Shown here piece after piece: positions 17,951 to 27,158 of a DNA stretch of 64,000 nt. A program made the translations under genes and the position numbers. Under the pieces are notes generated by a model. It had not been told where the DNA came from, did not search any database, and was given only the letters and a program-made list of their open reading frames with translations. Source of the DNA: Sneathiellales bacterium. Lineage in GTDB: Bacteria > Pseudomonadota > Alphaproteobacteria > JANQFL01. The stretch lies in the NCBI GenBank assembly GCA_028277845.1, contig JANQFL010000075.1:5553-69552 (forward strand), read 5' to 3'. How positions within the stretch are numbered: the stretch's first letter is position 1; each line of letters starts with the position of its first letter.

Positions 17951-18955
17951 ATGACCAGGCACCTGCACCCGCATCCTGTCGCACCGCCCCTCGCATCGGG
18001 GCGGGACGGCTGGCCGTGGCAGGAGGCGGCGCGGTCGAAGCCCGCTCACATCCGGGCGCGTGCCGACTGGCCGCGCATCACCATCGTCACGCCGTCGTTC
18101 AACCAGGGTGATTTCCTCGAGGAAACCCTGCGCTCAGTGTTGCTGCAGGGCTATCCCAACCTGGAACATATCGTCATGGACGGCGGCTCGACCGACGGCT
18201 CGGCCGGCATCATCCGGCACTATGAACCGTGGCTGACCCACTGGGCGTCGGAGAAGGACAACGGCCAGTCCGACGCCATCAACCGGGGCATGGCCATGGC
18301 GACGGGCGAGATCTGCGCCTGGCTCAACAGCGACGACATCCTTACGGCGGACGCCCTGTGGACGGTCGGCGATTATTTCGCCCGCCATCCCGAATGCCGC
18401 TGGCTGGCCGGTGCCGGCCGGTTGGATTTCCTCGACAGCGGACGCCGCGGCGTCATGGAGAGCCGGCAGATTCATCCCGACGGGTTTCTCGAGTTCTGGC
18501 ATTTCGGCGGCGGCGGCAGTTTCGTCTTCCAGCCCTCCGCGTTCTGGCGCCGCGACCTGTGGCGCGAGGTCGGCGGATTGGACGAGGCCATGCACTACGC
18601 CATGGACTACCAGTTGTGGCTGGATTTCGCCGAGCGGACCGACCTGCATGCCCTGGATGACGTCCTGTCGGCGGCCAAGCGGCACGACCGGTGCAAGACC
18701 GTCGCCGGCCACGACAAACAGATCGCCGAACTCATGGACACGGCCTACCGCATGGCGCGGCGCTACGGCATATCGGGTGCGCAGTTGACGGCTCATATGA
18801 TGTCCTGGCGGTTCCTCCAGCAGTTGCGGTCGGCGAAACACCGGTGGGAGCGCGGCGAGCGGACCGGCGTGTCCGGGCCGCTCAAGGACGTTCTGTTCAA
18901 GCCGCTCGCGCTGATCAGCGCACACGGCCGGATCAGGGCCTTGACGGGGGAATAA
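17951..18955 (+). CDS. Family 2 glycosyltransferase
   Basis: ITIVTPSFNQGDFLEETLRSVLLQ..MDGGSTDGS..WLNSDD (DxD-type) motifs. Confidence 0.8.
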   Translation: MTRHLHPHPVAPPLASGRDGWPWQEAARSKPAHIRARADWPRITIVTPSFNQGDFLEETLRSVLLQGYPNLEHIVMDGGSTDGSAGIIRHYEPWLTHWASEKDNGQSDAINRGMAMATGEICAWLNSDDILTADALWTVGDYFARHPECRWLAGAGRLDFLDSGRRGVMESRQIHPDGFLEFWHFGGGGSFVFQPSAFWRRDLWREVGGLDEAMHYAMDYQLWLDFAERTDLHALDDVLSAAKRHDRCKTVAGHDKQIAELMDTAYRMARRYGISGAQLTAHMMSWRFLQQLRSAKHRWERGERTGVSGPLKDVLFKPLALISAHGRIRALTGE

Positions 18956-19069
18956 CCCCGCCCGCCCCAGGGCCAAATCCGCCGTTTCTTAAGTCAATGT
19001 TAATGTTAACAAATCATTGTGATCCCTTGGCAACGCACGCCGTCGCAGGCGCGTTTCGTGGGAGCAACG

Positions 19070-19630
19070 ATGGTTATTTGGATTACCGGCCTTTCGGGGG
19101 CGGGCAAGACGACCCTTTGCGAGGCCCTGTCCCGCCGTCTCAAGCCCCATCTTCCTGAATTGACCAATCTGGACGGGGATGTGGTGCGCCAGGTGTTCGG
19201 CGGCGAACTGGGCTATGGCGAACCCGACCGGGTCGCCCAGATCAAGCGCATCCAGTCGCTGGCCGAAATGCTGGACGGGCAGGGCCTGGTGGTGCTGGTC
19301 GCGGCGCTTTACGCCCACCCGGACCTGCTGGCCTGGAACCGCGCCACCTTCGCCGACTATGTCGAAGTCTACCTCGAGGCGCCGCTCGACCTGGTGCGGG
19401 CGCGCGACCCCAAGGGGCTCTATGCCAAGGCCGCCGCCGGGCGGATGCCCGACGTGGTCGGCCTGGACATTCCCTGGCACGCGCCCGTCAACCCCGACCT
19501 GACCATCGACATGACCGCCGGCCCTTCGGTGGACGACGCGGCGCAGACTATCATCGACGCCGTGCCCGTCCTGGCCGAGGCCGAACGCATCTCCCACATC
19601 CTGGACCGCCATGCCCGCGTATCAGCTTAA
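19070..19630 (+). CDS. cysC: Adenylyl-sulfate (APS) kinase
   Basis: MVIWITGLSGAGKTT P-loop, LDGD, and length ~186 aa. Overlaps the sat start by 20 nt. Confidence 0.85.
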   Translation: MVIWITGLSGAGKTTLCEALSRRLKPHLPELTNLDGDVVRQVFGGELGYGEPDRVAQIKRIQSLAEMLDGQGLVVLVAALYAHPDLLAWNRATFADYVEVYLEAPLDLVRARDPKGLYAKAAAGRMPDVVGLDIPWHAPVNPDLTIDMTAGPSVDDAAQTIIDAVPVLAEAERISHILDRHARVSA

Positions 19631-20696
19631 CTTCCGCCAGTACCTCGAACTGGAGAAACTCCACTTCGGCGCCTTCGCGCCGCTCACAGGCTTCATGGAC
19701 GAGGCCGCCTTCACCGGCGTCGTCGACACCATGCGCCTGCCCGACGGGTCCGTGTTCACGCTGCCCGTCGTTTTCGACGTGTCCGCCGGGGACGCCAAAA
19801 CGTTCGAGACGGCCGGCGCGGTCGAGCTGCTGTTCGACGGGCAAGCCGTCGGCGTGCTCTCGCCCACCGGTGTTTTCTCCTGCGACAAGCCCGCCGTGGC
19901 CGCCAAGGTCTACGGCACCGGCGATGCCGCCCATGCCGGCGTCGATCAGTTCTACCGCATGGGCGATCGCTTCGTCGGCGGGCCGGTGCACCTGACCAGG
20001 AAGATCGACTACGGCTTTTCCGCCTTCGAACGCACGCCCGACGAATGCAAGGCGGCGTTTTCCGCACGTGGCTGGAAGACGGTGGTCGGGTTCCAGACCC
20101 GCAACGTGCCCCACCGGGCCCACGAATATCTGCTGCGCCTCGGCCTCGAGCTGGGCGACGGCCTGTTCGTGCAGCCGCTGATCGGCCAGAAGAAGCCGGG
20201 CGACTACACGCCGCAATCGGTCATGGCCGGCTACCGGGCGCTGATCGGCGACTTCCTGCCGGCCGACCATGTGCTGCTGGCGACGCTCTCCACCTACATG
20301 CGCTACGCCGGGCCGCGCGAGGCCGTGTTCCACGCCATCATCCGGCGCAATTACGGCTGTACTCATTTCATCGTCGGCCGCGACCACGCCGGCGTCGGCG
20401 GCTATTACGACAAATACGCCGCCCACGACCTGACCCGCCGGTTCGAGCACGAGCTGGGCATCGAGATCCTGCGCCTGCACGGCCCCTACCATTGCAGCGT
20501 CTGCGGCGGCATCGTCACCGAGAAGACCTGCCCCCACGGCGCCGGCGGCGGCCACGGGACGACGGAGATCTCCGGCACCATGGTGCGCGAGATGCTGAGC
20601 GGCGGCGCCGATCCGGAACCCCACATCATGCGGCCGGAAATCGTCGCCAGCCTGGCGGGCGAACACCTGTTCATCGGGGAGTCCTCCCATGACTAA
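19611..20696 (+). CDS. sat: Sulfate adenylyltransferase (homo-oligomeric ATP sulfurylase type)
   Basis: GFQTRNVPHRAHE and FIVGRDHAGVG motifs with a PUA-like N-terminus. Confidence 0.9.
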   Translation: MPAYQLNFRQYLELEKLHFGAFAPLTGFMDEAAFTGVVDTMRLPDGSVFTLPVVFDVSAGDAKTFETAGAVELLFDGQAVGVLSPTGVFSCDKPAVAAKVYGTGDAAHAGVDQFYRMGDRFVGGPVHLTRKIDYGFSAFERTPDECKAAFSARGWKTVVGFQTRNVPHRAHEYLLRLGLELGDGLFVQPLIGQKKPGDYTPQSVMAGYRALIGDFLPADHVLLATLSTYMRYAGPREAVFHAIIRRNYGCTHFIVGRDHAGVGGYYDKYAAHDLTRRFEHELGIEILRLHGPYHCSVCGGIVTEKTCPHGAGGGHGTTEISGTMVREMLSGGADPEPHIMRPEIVASLAGEHLFIGESSHD

Positions 20697-22170
20697 GACC
20701 AAGATCGTCGCCACCATCGGCCCGGCGACGGCCAGCCCCGCCGGCCTGCGCGCGCTGGCCGAGGCCGGCATGAACGTGGCGCGCCTGAACGGCTCCCACG
20801 CCGATCTGGACTGGCACAAGGCCACCATCGCCCTGATCCGCGACACCCTGCCCGGCGTGCCGGTGCTGCTCGACATCCCCGGCCGCAAGATCCGCACCGT
20901 CCAGCTGGCCCACGAGCCCCGCTTCGCCGCCGGCGACGGCCTGGTCCTGACCACCGACCAGAGCCACGACGGCACGCAGAAGGTGCCGGTCAACAACCCG
21001 ACCCTGCACGCACATCTGAGTGCGGGCGACGTCATCCTGGCCGACGACGGCACCCTGCGCTTCGAGGTCGCGCGCGTCGACGGCCCCGACATCCACTGCC
21101 GCGCCTGCACCGCCGGCACCCTGAAAAGCCGCAAGGGCATCAACGTGCCGCATGTGCAACTGGCCGCCGACCTGGTGACGGACCGGGACCGGGAGATGGT
21201 CGCCTTCGCCCGCGACAACGAAGTGGACTATATCGGCATCAGCTTCGTCGAATCGGCTGCTCACGTCGCCGCCATCCGCGATCTGACCGGCGGCACCTGG
21301 CCGCGTATCGTCGCCAAGATCGAGAACCAGGGCGGCATCGAAAACATGGACGAGATCCTGGCCGCCACCGACGTGGCCATGATCGACCGCGGCGACCTGT
21401 CGGTGGAAACCAGCCTGGAAAACATGGTGGTGTTCCAGAAGAGGATCATCGAGACGGCCCGCCGCACCGGCACGCCGGTCATCGTCGCCACCGAGATGCT
21501 GCACACGATGATCGAGAACCCGTACCCCACCAAGGCCGAGGTCAGCGACATCACCAACGCGGTGATGGACGGCTGCGCCGCCACCATGCTGTCGGGCGAA
21601 ACCGCCGTCGGCGCCCATCCGGCGGAAACGGTCGGCCTGATGCGCCGGGTGCTGGACGCCGCCGAATCCCACAGCCAGGCGCTGCTGGACATGGGGCGGA
21701 GCGACGATCCCGTCACCGTGCAGAACGTGGTCGAGGACGCCGCCGGACGCATCTGCCGCACCCTGCCGGTCACCAAGATCGTCGCCGTGACGCTGCAGGG
21801 TTATGCCGCGCGGGTGATGTCCGCCCGCCGCCCGTCCCAGCCCATCCTGGCGGTCAGTTGCGACGCCATGGCGGCGCGCAGTTTCAACCTGCTGCCCGGC
21901 ACCGAAGGCGTGCACGTGGACATCCCGTTCGAACGGAACAGCACCGACCACATCGCGCTGTGCCTGCGCCAGTTGTGGCGCGACGGCCGGCTGGCCGGCG
22001 ACGACCTGGTCATGGTCGCGGCGGTGGGTTACCCGAAATCTGGCAATCTGCTCAACGTGCTGCAGATCCACCGCATCGGCGACCTGATCGAAAGCCTGCG
22101 CTGGGACGACGACATCCGCGAGGCCCTGACCGATGTGGCGCCCCACGCCTACACGGCACGGGCGGGGTAG
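20689..22170 (+). CDS. Pyruvate kinase family protein (divergent motifs)
   Basis: KIVATIGPA, MNVARLNGSHA, MIDRGDLSVE, VATEMLHTM and a C-terminal alpha/beta domain. The canonical LDTKGPEIR reads LDIPGRKIR. Its start overlaps the sat stop. Confidence 0.85.
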   Translation: MTKTKIVATIGPATASPAGLRALAEAGMNVARLNGSHADLDWHKATIALIRDTLPGVPVLLDIPGRKIRTVQLAHEPRFAAGDGLVLTTDQSHDGTQKVPVNNPTLHAHLSAGDVILADDGTLRFEVARVDGPDIHCRACTAGTLKSRKGINVPHVQLAADLVTDRDREMVAFARDNEVDYIGISFVESAAHVAAIRDLTGGTWPRIVAKIENQGGIENMDEILAATDVAMIDRGDLSVETSLENMVVFQKRIIETARRTGTPVIVATEMLHTMIENPYPTKAEVSDITNAVMDGCAATMLSGETAVGAHPAETVGLMRRVLDAAESHSQALLDMGRSDDPVTVQNVVEDAAGRICRTLPVTKIVAVTLQGYAARVMSARRPSQPILAVSCDAMAARSFNLLPGTEGVHVDIPFERNSTDHIALCLRQLWRDGRLAGDDLVMVAAVGYPKSGNLLNVLQIHRIGDLIESLRWDDDIREALTDVAPHAYTARAG

Positions 22171-22178
22171 GGACGGAC

Positions 22179-23237
22179 ATGCGCCTCAACGCCCACGAAG
22201 CCACCCGCACCTGGTTCAATGCCTTCTTCGCCGGGGAACGGCATTACAAGGCGGCGTTCCTGGAAACCCTGGGGCGCCATCCGCTACCGCTCGGCCTGAT
22301 CGTCGGCAACAATTTCGGCGGTTCCACGTCGGTGTTCGAGGCTCTCTCGCGTTTCCCCAACGTTTTTCCCGTCGTCGCCCGCGAGCACAACAACTTCCAG
22401 TTCGGCCGCGAAAACAGGCTGCTGGAATACAATCTCAACCACCTGTTCTACTTCGCCCACCTGGCGCGGGTCGGCAAGCTGCACGTCACGCCGGAACACT
22501 ACGGCCAGGCCGTCGGCGAGCTGCTCAGCCTGGCCGACACCATGTACCGCACCCACACCGTCTCGTCCTGCGGCCTGTGCCCGTTGCCCGACGCCGGCGA
22601 ACCGGTCGCGGCGGTAGACCAGAGCCTGTGCTTCGAATACGCCGAGGCGCCGCAAATGGTGGAAATCCTCAACCCGGACACCCGGATCATCGTCATCGCC
22701 CGCGATCCCGTCGACCGGGCCTACAGCAATTACCAGCGCGACAAGGTCTACGCCCTCGGCGCCGAAGGCGTGCGCCGCGGCGATCCCTATCCGGCGTTCG
22801 AGGATCTGGTGCCGCTGACCGACCTGATCAATGCGTCGAACCGGGAAGACCTGCTCACGCTGGAACGCACCTCTCACGTGTTCCGCTACATCACCCGCGG
22901 CCTCTACGACCTGCACCTGGCCAACTGGCTCGAGGTTTTCGCCCGCGACCGGGTGCTGTTGATCGACAATGTGGCGCTCAGGCAGGACCCGGAAGGGGAG
23001 ATGCGCCGCGCGCTGGCGTTCCTCGGCCTCAACTGGCCCGAAGGCTACGCCATCGACCTGACATCCGAATACCGTGGCAGCGCCGGGGACTACAACAGGA
23101 TCGATCCCATTTCGCCCGGCGCCGAAGCCGCCCTGCGCCGGTTCTACCGGCCCCACGTGCAACGGTTTGCCGAGTTGGCGGACCAGGACTTCGGTTGGGC
23201 GGCCCATTTCGAGGGGGACCACCGTGCAGCACTTTGA
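22179..23237 (+). CDS. Sulfotransferase family protein
   Basis: PSB-like GNNFGGSTS and IIVIARDPVDRAYSNY (RDPxDRxxS) motifs. ATG 22179 lies 9 nt after the pyk-like stop. Confidence 0.7.
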   Translation: MRLNAHEATRTWFNAFFAGERHYKAAFLETLGRHPLPLGLIVGNNFGGSTSVFEALSRFPNVFPVVAREHNNFQFGRENRLLEYNLNHLFYFAHLARVGKLHVTPEHYGQAVGELLSLADTMYRTHTVSSCGLCPLPDAGEPVAAVDQSLCFEYAEAPQMVEILNPDTRIIVIARDPVDRAYSNYQRDKVYALGAEGVRRGDPYPAFEDLVPLTDLINASNREDLLTLERTSHVFRYITRGLYDLHLANWLEVFARDRVLLIDNVALRQDPEGEMRRALAFLGLNWPEGYAIDLTSEYRGSAGDYNRIDPISPGAEAALRRFYRPHVQRFAELADQDFGWAAHFEGDHRAAL

Positions 23238-24099
23238 TCTGATGCAGACCGTCCGGACCCGCTACGCGGCCAACGGCATCGTCAAGTTGAGCGGACTGTT
23301 CGACGACGACACCCTGTCGGCGCTGTGGCAGGAAATCCAGGATTTCACCGGCGTCCGGTCCGAGGACTATGCAGGCGTCATGGACGGCAGCAGGAAGGCC
23401 TACAACTCGCCGGGCACCGTCATCCGCAACAGGCAGTTCTGGCACCTGCTGGAAAACGACATCATCAACGACACCATCAAGCTGCTCGTCGGCTACGAGG
23501 TCAAGTTCCTCGGCCTGGATTCCATGACCGTGCACTGGTCGTCCCACGGCCTGCACCGGGATTCCCATGTCGGGATGGAACCGTTCACCCAGGGCTTCTC
23601 GCCGGCCGATGCGCCGTACACCGTCACCCGGGCGCTGGTGCATGTCAACGACCCCGACGCCGCGCCCTACGAATTTCAATTCCATCCGGCGTCCCACAAT
23701 ATCGAACTGGGCGAAATGAACGTGCATGGCGTGCCGCTGTTCGACGCATCGCAGATTTGCGCGTCCATGCTGGTCGAGCCGGGCGACTGCCTCATCTTCG
23801 ACGCCCGCCTGCTGCACACCGGCATGCCCATCGTGTCGCCCAAATGCTTCGTCACCATGACCTACGGCCTGCCCAATTTCTACAGCTACGACCATTTCTT
23901 CTATTCCCGCTACGTCCGGGTCGACCAGGGCCTGACCGACATGCCGCCGGAACTGGTCGAGATCCTGCGGGTCAGGAACATGTACCTGGAAGGCTCGACC
24001 GACGAGAGCCTGCGCGAGGAATTCCTCGCCCCCCGCGCCGAAGACATCGGCAAGTTCGATCCCGATCTGTTGTCGCGGGATTATGTGCGGGATATCTAG
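23224..24099 (+). CDS. Phytanoyl-CoA dioxygenase (PhyH)-family Fe(II)/2-oxoglutarate oxygenase
   Basis: GTG 23224 overlaps the sulfotransferase end. HRDSH (HxD) region, a later His, and RLLHTG. Size ~291 aa. Confidence 0.65.
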   Translation: MQHFDLMQTVRTRYAANGIVKLSGLFDDDTLSALWQEIQDFTGVRSEDYAGVMDGSRKAYNSPGTVIRNRQFWHLLENDIINDTIKLLVGYEVKFLGLDSMTVHWSSHGLHRDSHVGMEPFTQGFSPADAPYTVTRALVHVNDPDAAPYEFQFHPASHNIELGEMNVHGVPLFDASQICASMLVEPGDCLIFDARLLHTGMPIVSPKCFVTMTYGLPNFYSYDHFFYSRYVRVDQGLTDMPPELVEILRVRNMYLEGSTDESLREEFLAPRAEDIGKFDPDLLSRDYVRDI

Positions 24100-24108
24100 G
24101 GCGGCGGT

Positions 24109-24168
24109 CTAGACGAGCATCAAACTCAGCTCCGGCACCAGCACGATCAGCACCGGCAGCATGATCGC
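24109..24168 (-). pseudogene. Orphan duplicate of the last ~20 codons of dctM (displaced 3' terminus; att-like left repeat)
   Basis: The minus strand reads ..AIMLPVLIVLVPELSLMLV-TAG, versus the intact dctM end VIMLLVLILIVLVPELSLMLV-TGA at 27601-27666. The nucleotide match has 2 substitutions and one 6-nt indel over ~50 nt. Confidence 0.8.
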
Positions 24169-24502
24169 GGTGTTACTCTGAAGTAGAGGGCACGTTTGTT
24201 CCTTATTTTCGGTCGCGGAATTGCGTTCTGAATATTTGAGTGGCCGCTCTTTCCTTCACAAGCGATTCGTATCAGCTGTCGTTGCGGAAGCACTTGTCGT
24301 TCTAGTGCGCGCGACAGATCAGGTCGGTTACTAACACTAGACCGCAAATACATCGGTGTAATCGCTGGCGTTGTCGCCTTGATGAGTCTGCGAGGCGGGA
24401 CTTAGAGGTGTATGAAGAGTTGAAACTCTCCTCATATTAGAATTGACGATATGAAGTCACTGAAAGGTAGCAATGAATAACTATTTCAGTAAAATATAAC
24501 TG

Positions 24503-24970
24503 TTGTTTGAAAAAACGAAACTGGTGGTCGAATTGCAAATCTTATTAGATATTGGATACTCTGTCGGTTTCGTTGCGGCCTTATTGACTATTTTTAATTT
24601 CTTTCTTCCTATTAACACTGCTAAAGCTCGAGTTTGGCATGCAGCATACATAGTTGTGGTTTGCGTCGTAATTAGTTATTCGACATTTCTGTCAAGCAAA
24701 CAGTCTCGGCTAAACAGTATTGCTATCGCTGCTGATACATTGCTTGCTGAAAGAGATATGGAATATACACACAGAGGTTTTGTATTGGCCGTATTTTCCT
24801 TTTTAGAAAAAAACAAAGATCTCTTTCCTGACAACTATGATCGTGCAGTACAGCTCTGCAATGAGTTTAAGTGCAATAGTCCGCAGATGAGATCAAATGA
24901 TATTGTAACCCTTTCCTCTAGTTTAGCTGGTCTTGTAAGAGGAATAGGAACGCTTAGCAAAACTCAATAA
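24503..24970 (+). CDS. Hypothetical 2-TM membrane protein (islet gene 1)
   Basis: Only long ORF in this stretch. Two hydrophobic helices (ILLDIGYSVGFVAALLTIFNFFL; AAYIVVVCVVISYSTFL) then a soluble tail. No ATG near the 5' end (TTG 24503 or GTG 24524), so the start is uncertain. Confidence 0.45.
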   Translation: MFEKTKLVVELQILLDIGYSVGFVAALLTIFNFFLPINTAKARVWHAAYIVVVCVVISYSTFLSSKQSRLNSIAIAADTLLAERDMEYTHRGFVLAVFSFLEKNKDLFPDNYDRAVQLCNEFKCNSPQMRSNDIVTLSSSLAGLVRGIGTLSKTQ

Positions 24971-25081
24971 AGTGCCTAATTGGAGACTACAAACCTTAAT
25001 TTGGAACTATTGCTGCTGGTGAAGCAGCAATTTTTAATACTAATTCCCGCGAAAGTTTATAGAATCGTTTCCCCTTAAACT

Positions 25082-25909
25082 ATGAACAAAGTTGGGAACA
25101 TGCAGTCTAATAAAACTTGCTTTGTGATTGCCCCAATTGGTGAGCCGGAATCTGAAACCAGAAGGCGTTCTGACCAGGTACTAAAACATGTTATATCGCC
25201 AGCTGTAGAAGAGTGCGGGTATATTGCAGTTAGGGCTGATCAGATTTCTGAGCCCGGAATTATTACTAGTCAAGTTATTCAGCGAATTGTAGATGACCAG
25301 TTAGTTGTGGCGGATTTGACAGAAAGAAATCCGAATGTTTTCTACGAACTAGCCATCCGTCATGCTATTCGGAAACCATTAGTGCAGCTAATCAAAAAAG
25401 GTGAGCAAATTCCGTTCGATGTCGCTGGAACTCGCACCATTTATGTCGATCATCATGATCTTGATAGTGTTGAAGATGCAAAAAAGGAAATTATTTCACA
25501 AGTTCGCGCGCTTGAAAGCGATTCCTCCAATCTTGATACACCCATCTCGGTATCATTAGATCTTCAGCTTTTGAGACAAAGTGAAAACCCAGAACAAAGA
25601 TCGTTGGCCGATTTGCTGTCCGTAATTTCTGAGTTGCGCACTAGTGTAATAAGTATTGAAAAACGTTTGGATCATCCAGAAACAATTCTACCTATCCACA
25701 TCCTGGAAGATCTTATTGAGCGTAGTGAAAGACAATCTGTATGGTCACGAAAGCTGAGCAACGAGATTCGTTTGAGACTCCGCGAACTACTAACAGACAT
25801 GCAACATGACAAACCTAGAGGGGCAGAGGACCGACATAAGCACGAAGTTCGTCTAAAAGAACTTGAAAGAGTTTCTGAAATAATTACGCGTTCAATTTCA
25901 GATTATTAG
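25082..25909 (+). CDS. Nucleoside 2-deoxyribosyltransferase-like / TIR-like Rossmannoid N-domain fused to a coiled-coil C-domain (islet gene 2)
   Basis: CFVIAPIGEP..YIAVRAD..LVVADLTERNPNVFYELAIRHAIRKPLVQLI..IPFDVAGTRTIYV strand-helix pattern. The C-terminal 140 aa are charged and heptad-like. An alternative ATG is at 25100. Confidence 0.65.
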   Translation: MNKVGNMQSNKTCFVIAPIGEPESETRRRSDQVLKHVISPAVEECGYIAVRADQISEPGIITSQVIQRIVDDQLVVADLTERNPNVFYELAIRHAIRKPLVQLIKKGEQIPFDVAGTRTIYVDHHDLDSVEDAKKEIISQVRALESDSSNLDTPISVSLDLQLLRQSENPEQRSLADLLSVISELRTSVISIEKRLDHPETILPIHILEDLIERSERQSVWSRKLSNEIRLRLRELLTDMQHDKPRGAEDRHKHEVRLKELERVSEIITRSISDY

Positions 25910-26271
25910 AAAAGTTAAATATGATTGGATACTGCGAATTGTGCATAAAACATTTGTCGTGTCACAAATTTACTTTTTAGGTAAGAAATTGCTTTCGAAA
26001 GATCCGCTATTTTTAGCGTTACATCAGCGCAACTGTGTTTTCAAAATAGTGGGGTAACGGGTCAAGTCTCGCGTTGTAGCATCTTATAACGCCATTACGT
26101 TCAAGGCTCCCGTTGTCGTCGAATACGACGAACCGCGTCGGGTGACGACTATCACATTGCATGATCCTGGATGCTACAGTTCGAGACCTGACTACTTTTA
26201 CGTATGACCCCTCTTGCGTTCCTTGTGTTCTTGTATTCCTAAAATCAGTGTAAGAACCAAGGTAAAAAAAG

Positions 26272-27132
26272 ATGGCTGTCCCGAAATCAAAAAGTACGAC
26301 AAGTAAGGCGAAACTGGTGTTTGGTGCTGGAGCAGCGACCAGTTTCATTACCTGTATCTTTCTGCTAATCGCGGACAAAACTGCGAGCGCTACAGTCGCC
26401 GCGACATTGACCATAGTGTTATTGCTATTTCTTTACTTCCCTGTCATTGAGAGTTTCGAGTTTTTTGGTTTGAAAGCAAAGCTAAGGCACAGCGTTTTGG
26501 AAATTGAAAACGTGTTGGCCAAGGTCAGGAAGACTGCCGAAGTTTCAGCCAAGCTACTTTACATACAACTCGCTTGGATGAACCGCATGGGTTCAATCAC
26601 CTGGGAGAAGAAACGCGAACTCTTGTCTGATATCGACAGTTTGCTGGACAGTGTCGAAATCAACAAAAATGAGATCGACAATTTGAAGCAACCGTTTCTG
26701 ATTATGATAGCGAGGGACCTTCTTGGCACATGGCAGCATGCCATTAGATTTCGGGTCAACCACAACCACAATCTAGTAATGGATGAGTTGAACAGCCGGT
26801 TTGGGAACGGACCCACTAATCCAACGGATCCAGTGTACTTGGATCTTTCTAATAGGCGGCGCACGTGGAGCTACAAGTCATTTGAAAGCGATGACATACT
26901 TTCAGATACACGCTTTCTAGAATTCGATCAGTTCACAAAAGACCTTATCGCCCCATACCCTTTCTCGAGTCAGGAACTATCAGTTTTTGAAAAAACACGT
27001 ATGGAACTTGTCGCTCTCGAAAGAGACTGCAGGAACAGCGGTACGATCACTAAGGAGGCTGGTGAGTTTCTCGAGAAATACAGTCACCCCCAAGACAAGT
27101 TATACAGAGAGATTTTCGACGGTTTCGACTAG
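26272..27132 (+). CDS. Hypothetical membrane-anchored protein (islet gene 3)
   Basis: Lys-rich N-terminus, two TM helices (FGAGAATSFITCIFLLIA; VAATLTIVLLLFLYFPVI), then a ~210 aa helical soluble domain. No family recognised. Confidence 0.6.
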   Translation: MAVPKSKSTTSKAKLVFGAGAATSFITCIFLLIADKTASATVAATLTIVLLLFLYFPVIESFEFFGLKAKLRHSVLEIENVLAKVRKTAEVSAKLLYIQLAWMNRMGSITWEKKRELLSDIDSLLDSVEINKNEIDNLKQPFLIMIARDLLGTWQHAIRFRVNHNHNLVMDELNSRFGNGPTNPTDPVYLDLSNRRRTWSYKSFESDDILSDTRFLEFDQFTKDLIAPYPFSSQELSVFEKTRMELVALERDCRNSGTITKEAGEFLEKYSHPQDKLYREIFDGFD

Positions 27133-27158
27133 CGGAGTATTTTCTTGCTCGCGTATGT

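Noticed and set aside
19551-22146. 555-aa and 491-aa minus-strand ORFs opposite sat and the pyruvate-kinase-family gene
   Set aside because: Antisense shadows; the sense strand has HRAHE/GRDHAG and PK motifs.
24147-24353. 68-aa minus-strand ORF at the left edge of the islet
   Set aside because: It overlaps the dctM stub in a different frame, has basic low-complexity composition, and has no RBS. I also checked this stretch for integrase remnants and saw none.
26019-26414. 131-aa minus-strand ORF inside the islet, overlapping the start of islet gene 3
   Set aside because: Its 5' half is antisense to the TM region of gene 3 and reads as a mirror-hydrophobic artefact. Only the last ~47 codons (26019-26162, from MQCDSRH..) lie in otherwise unassigned DNA. 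That piece could be a tiny convergent gene, but I see no RBS or recognisable fold, so it is left uncalled.
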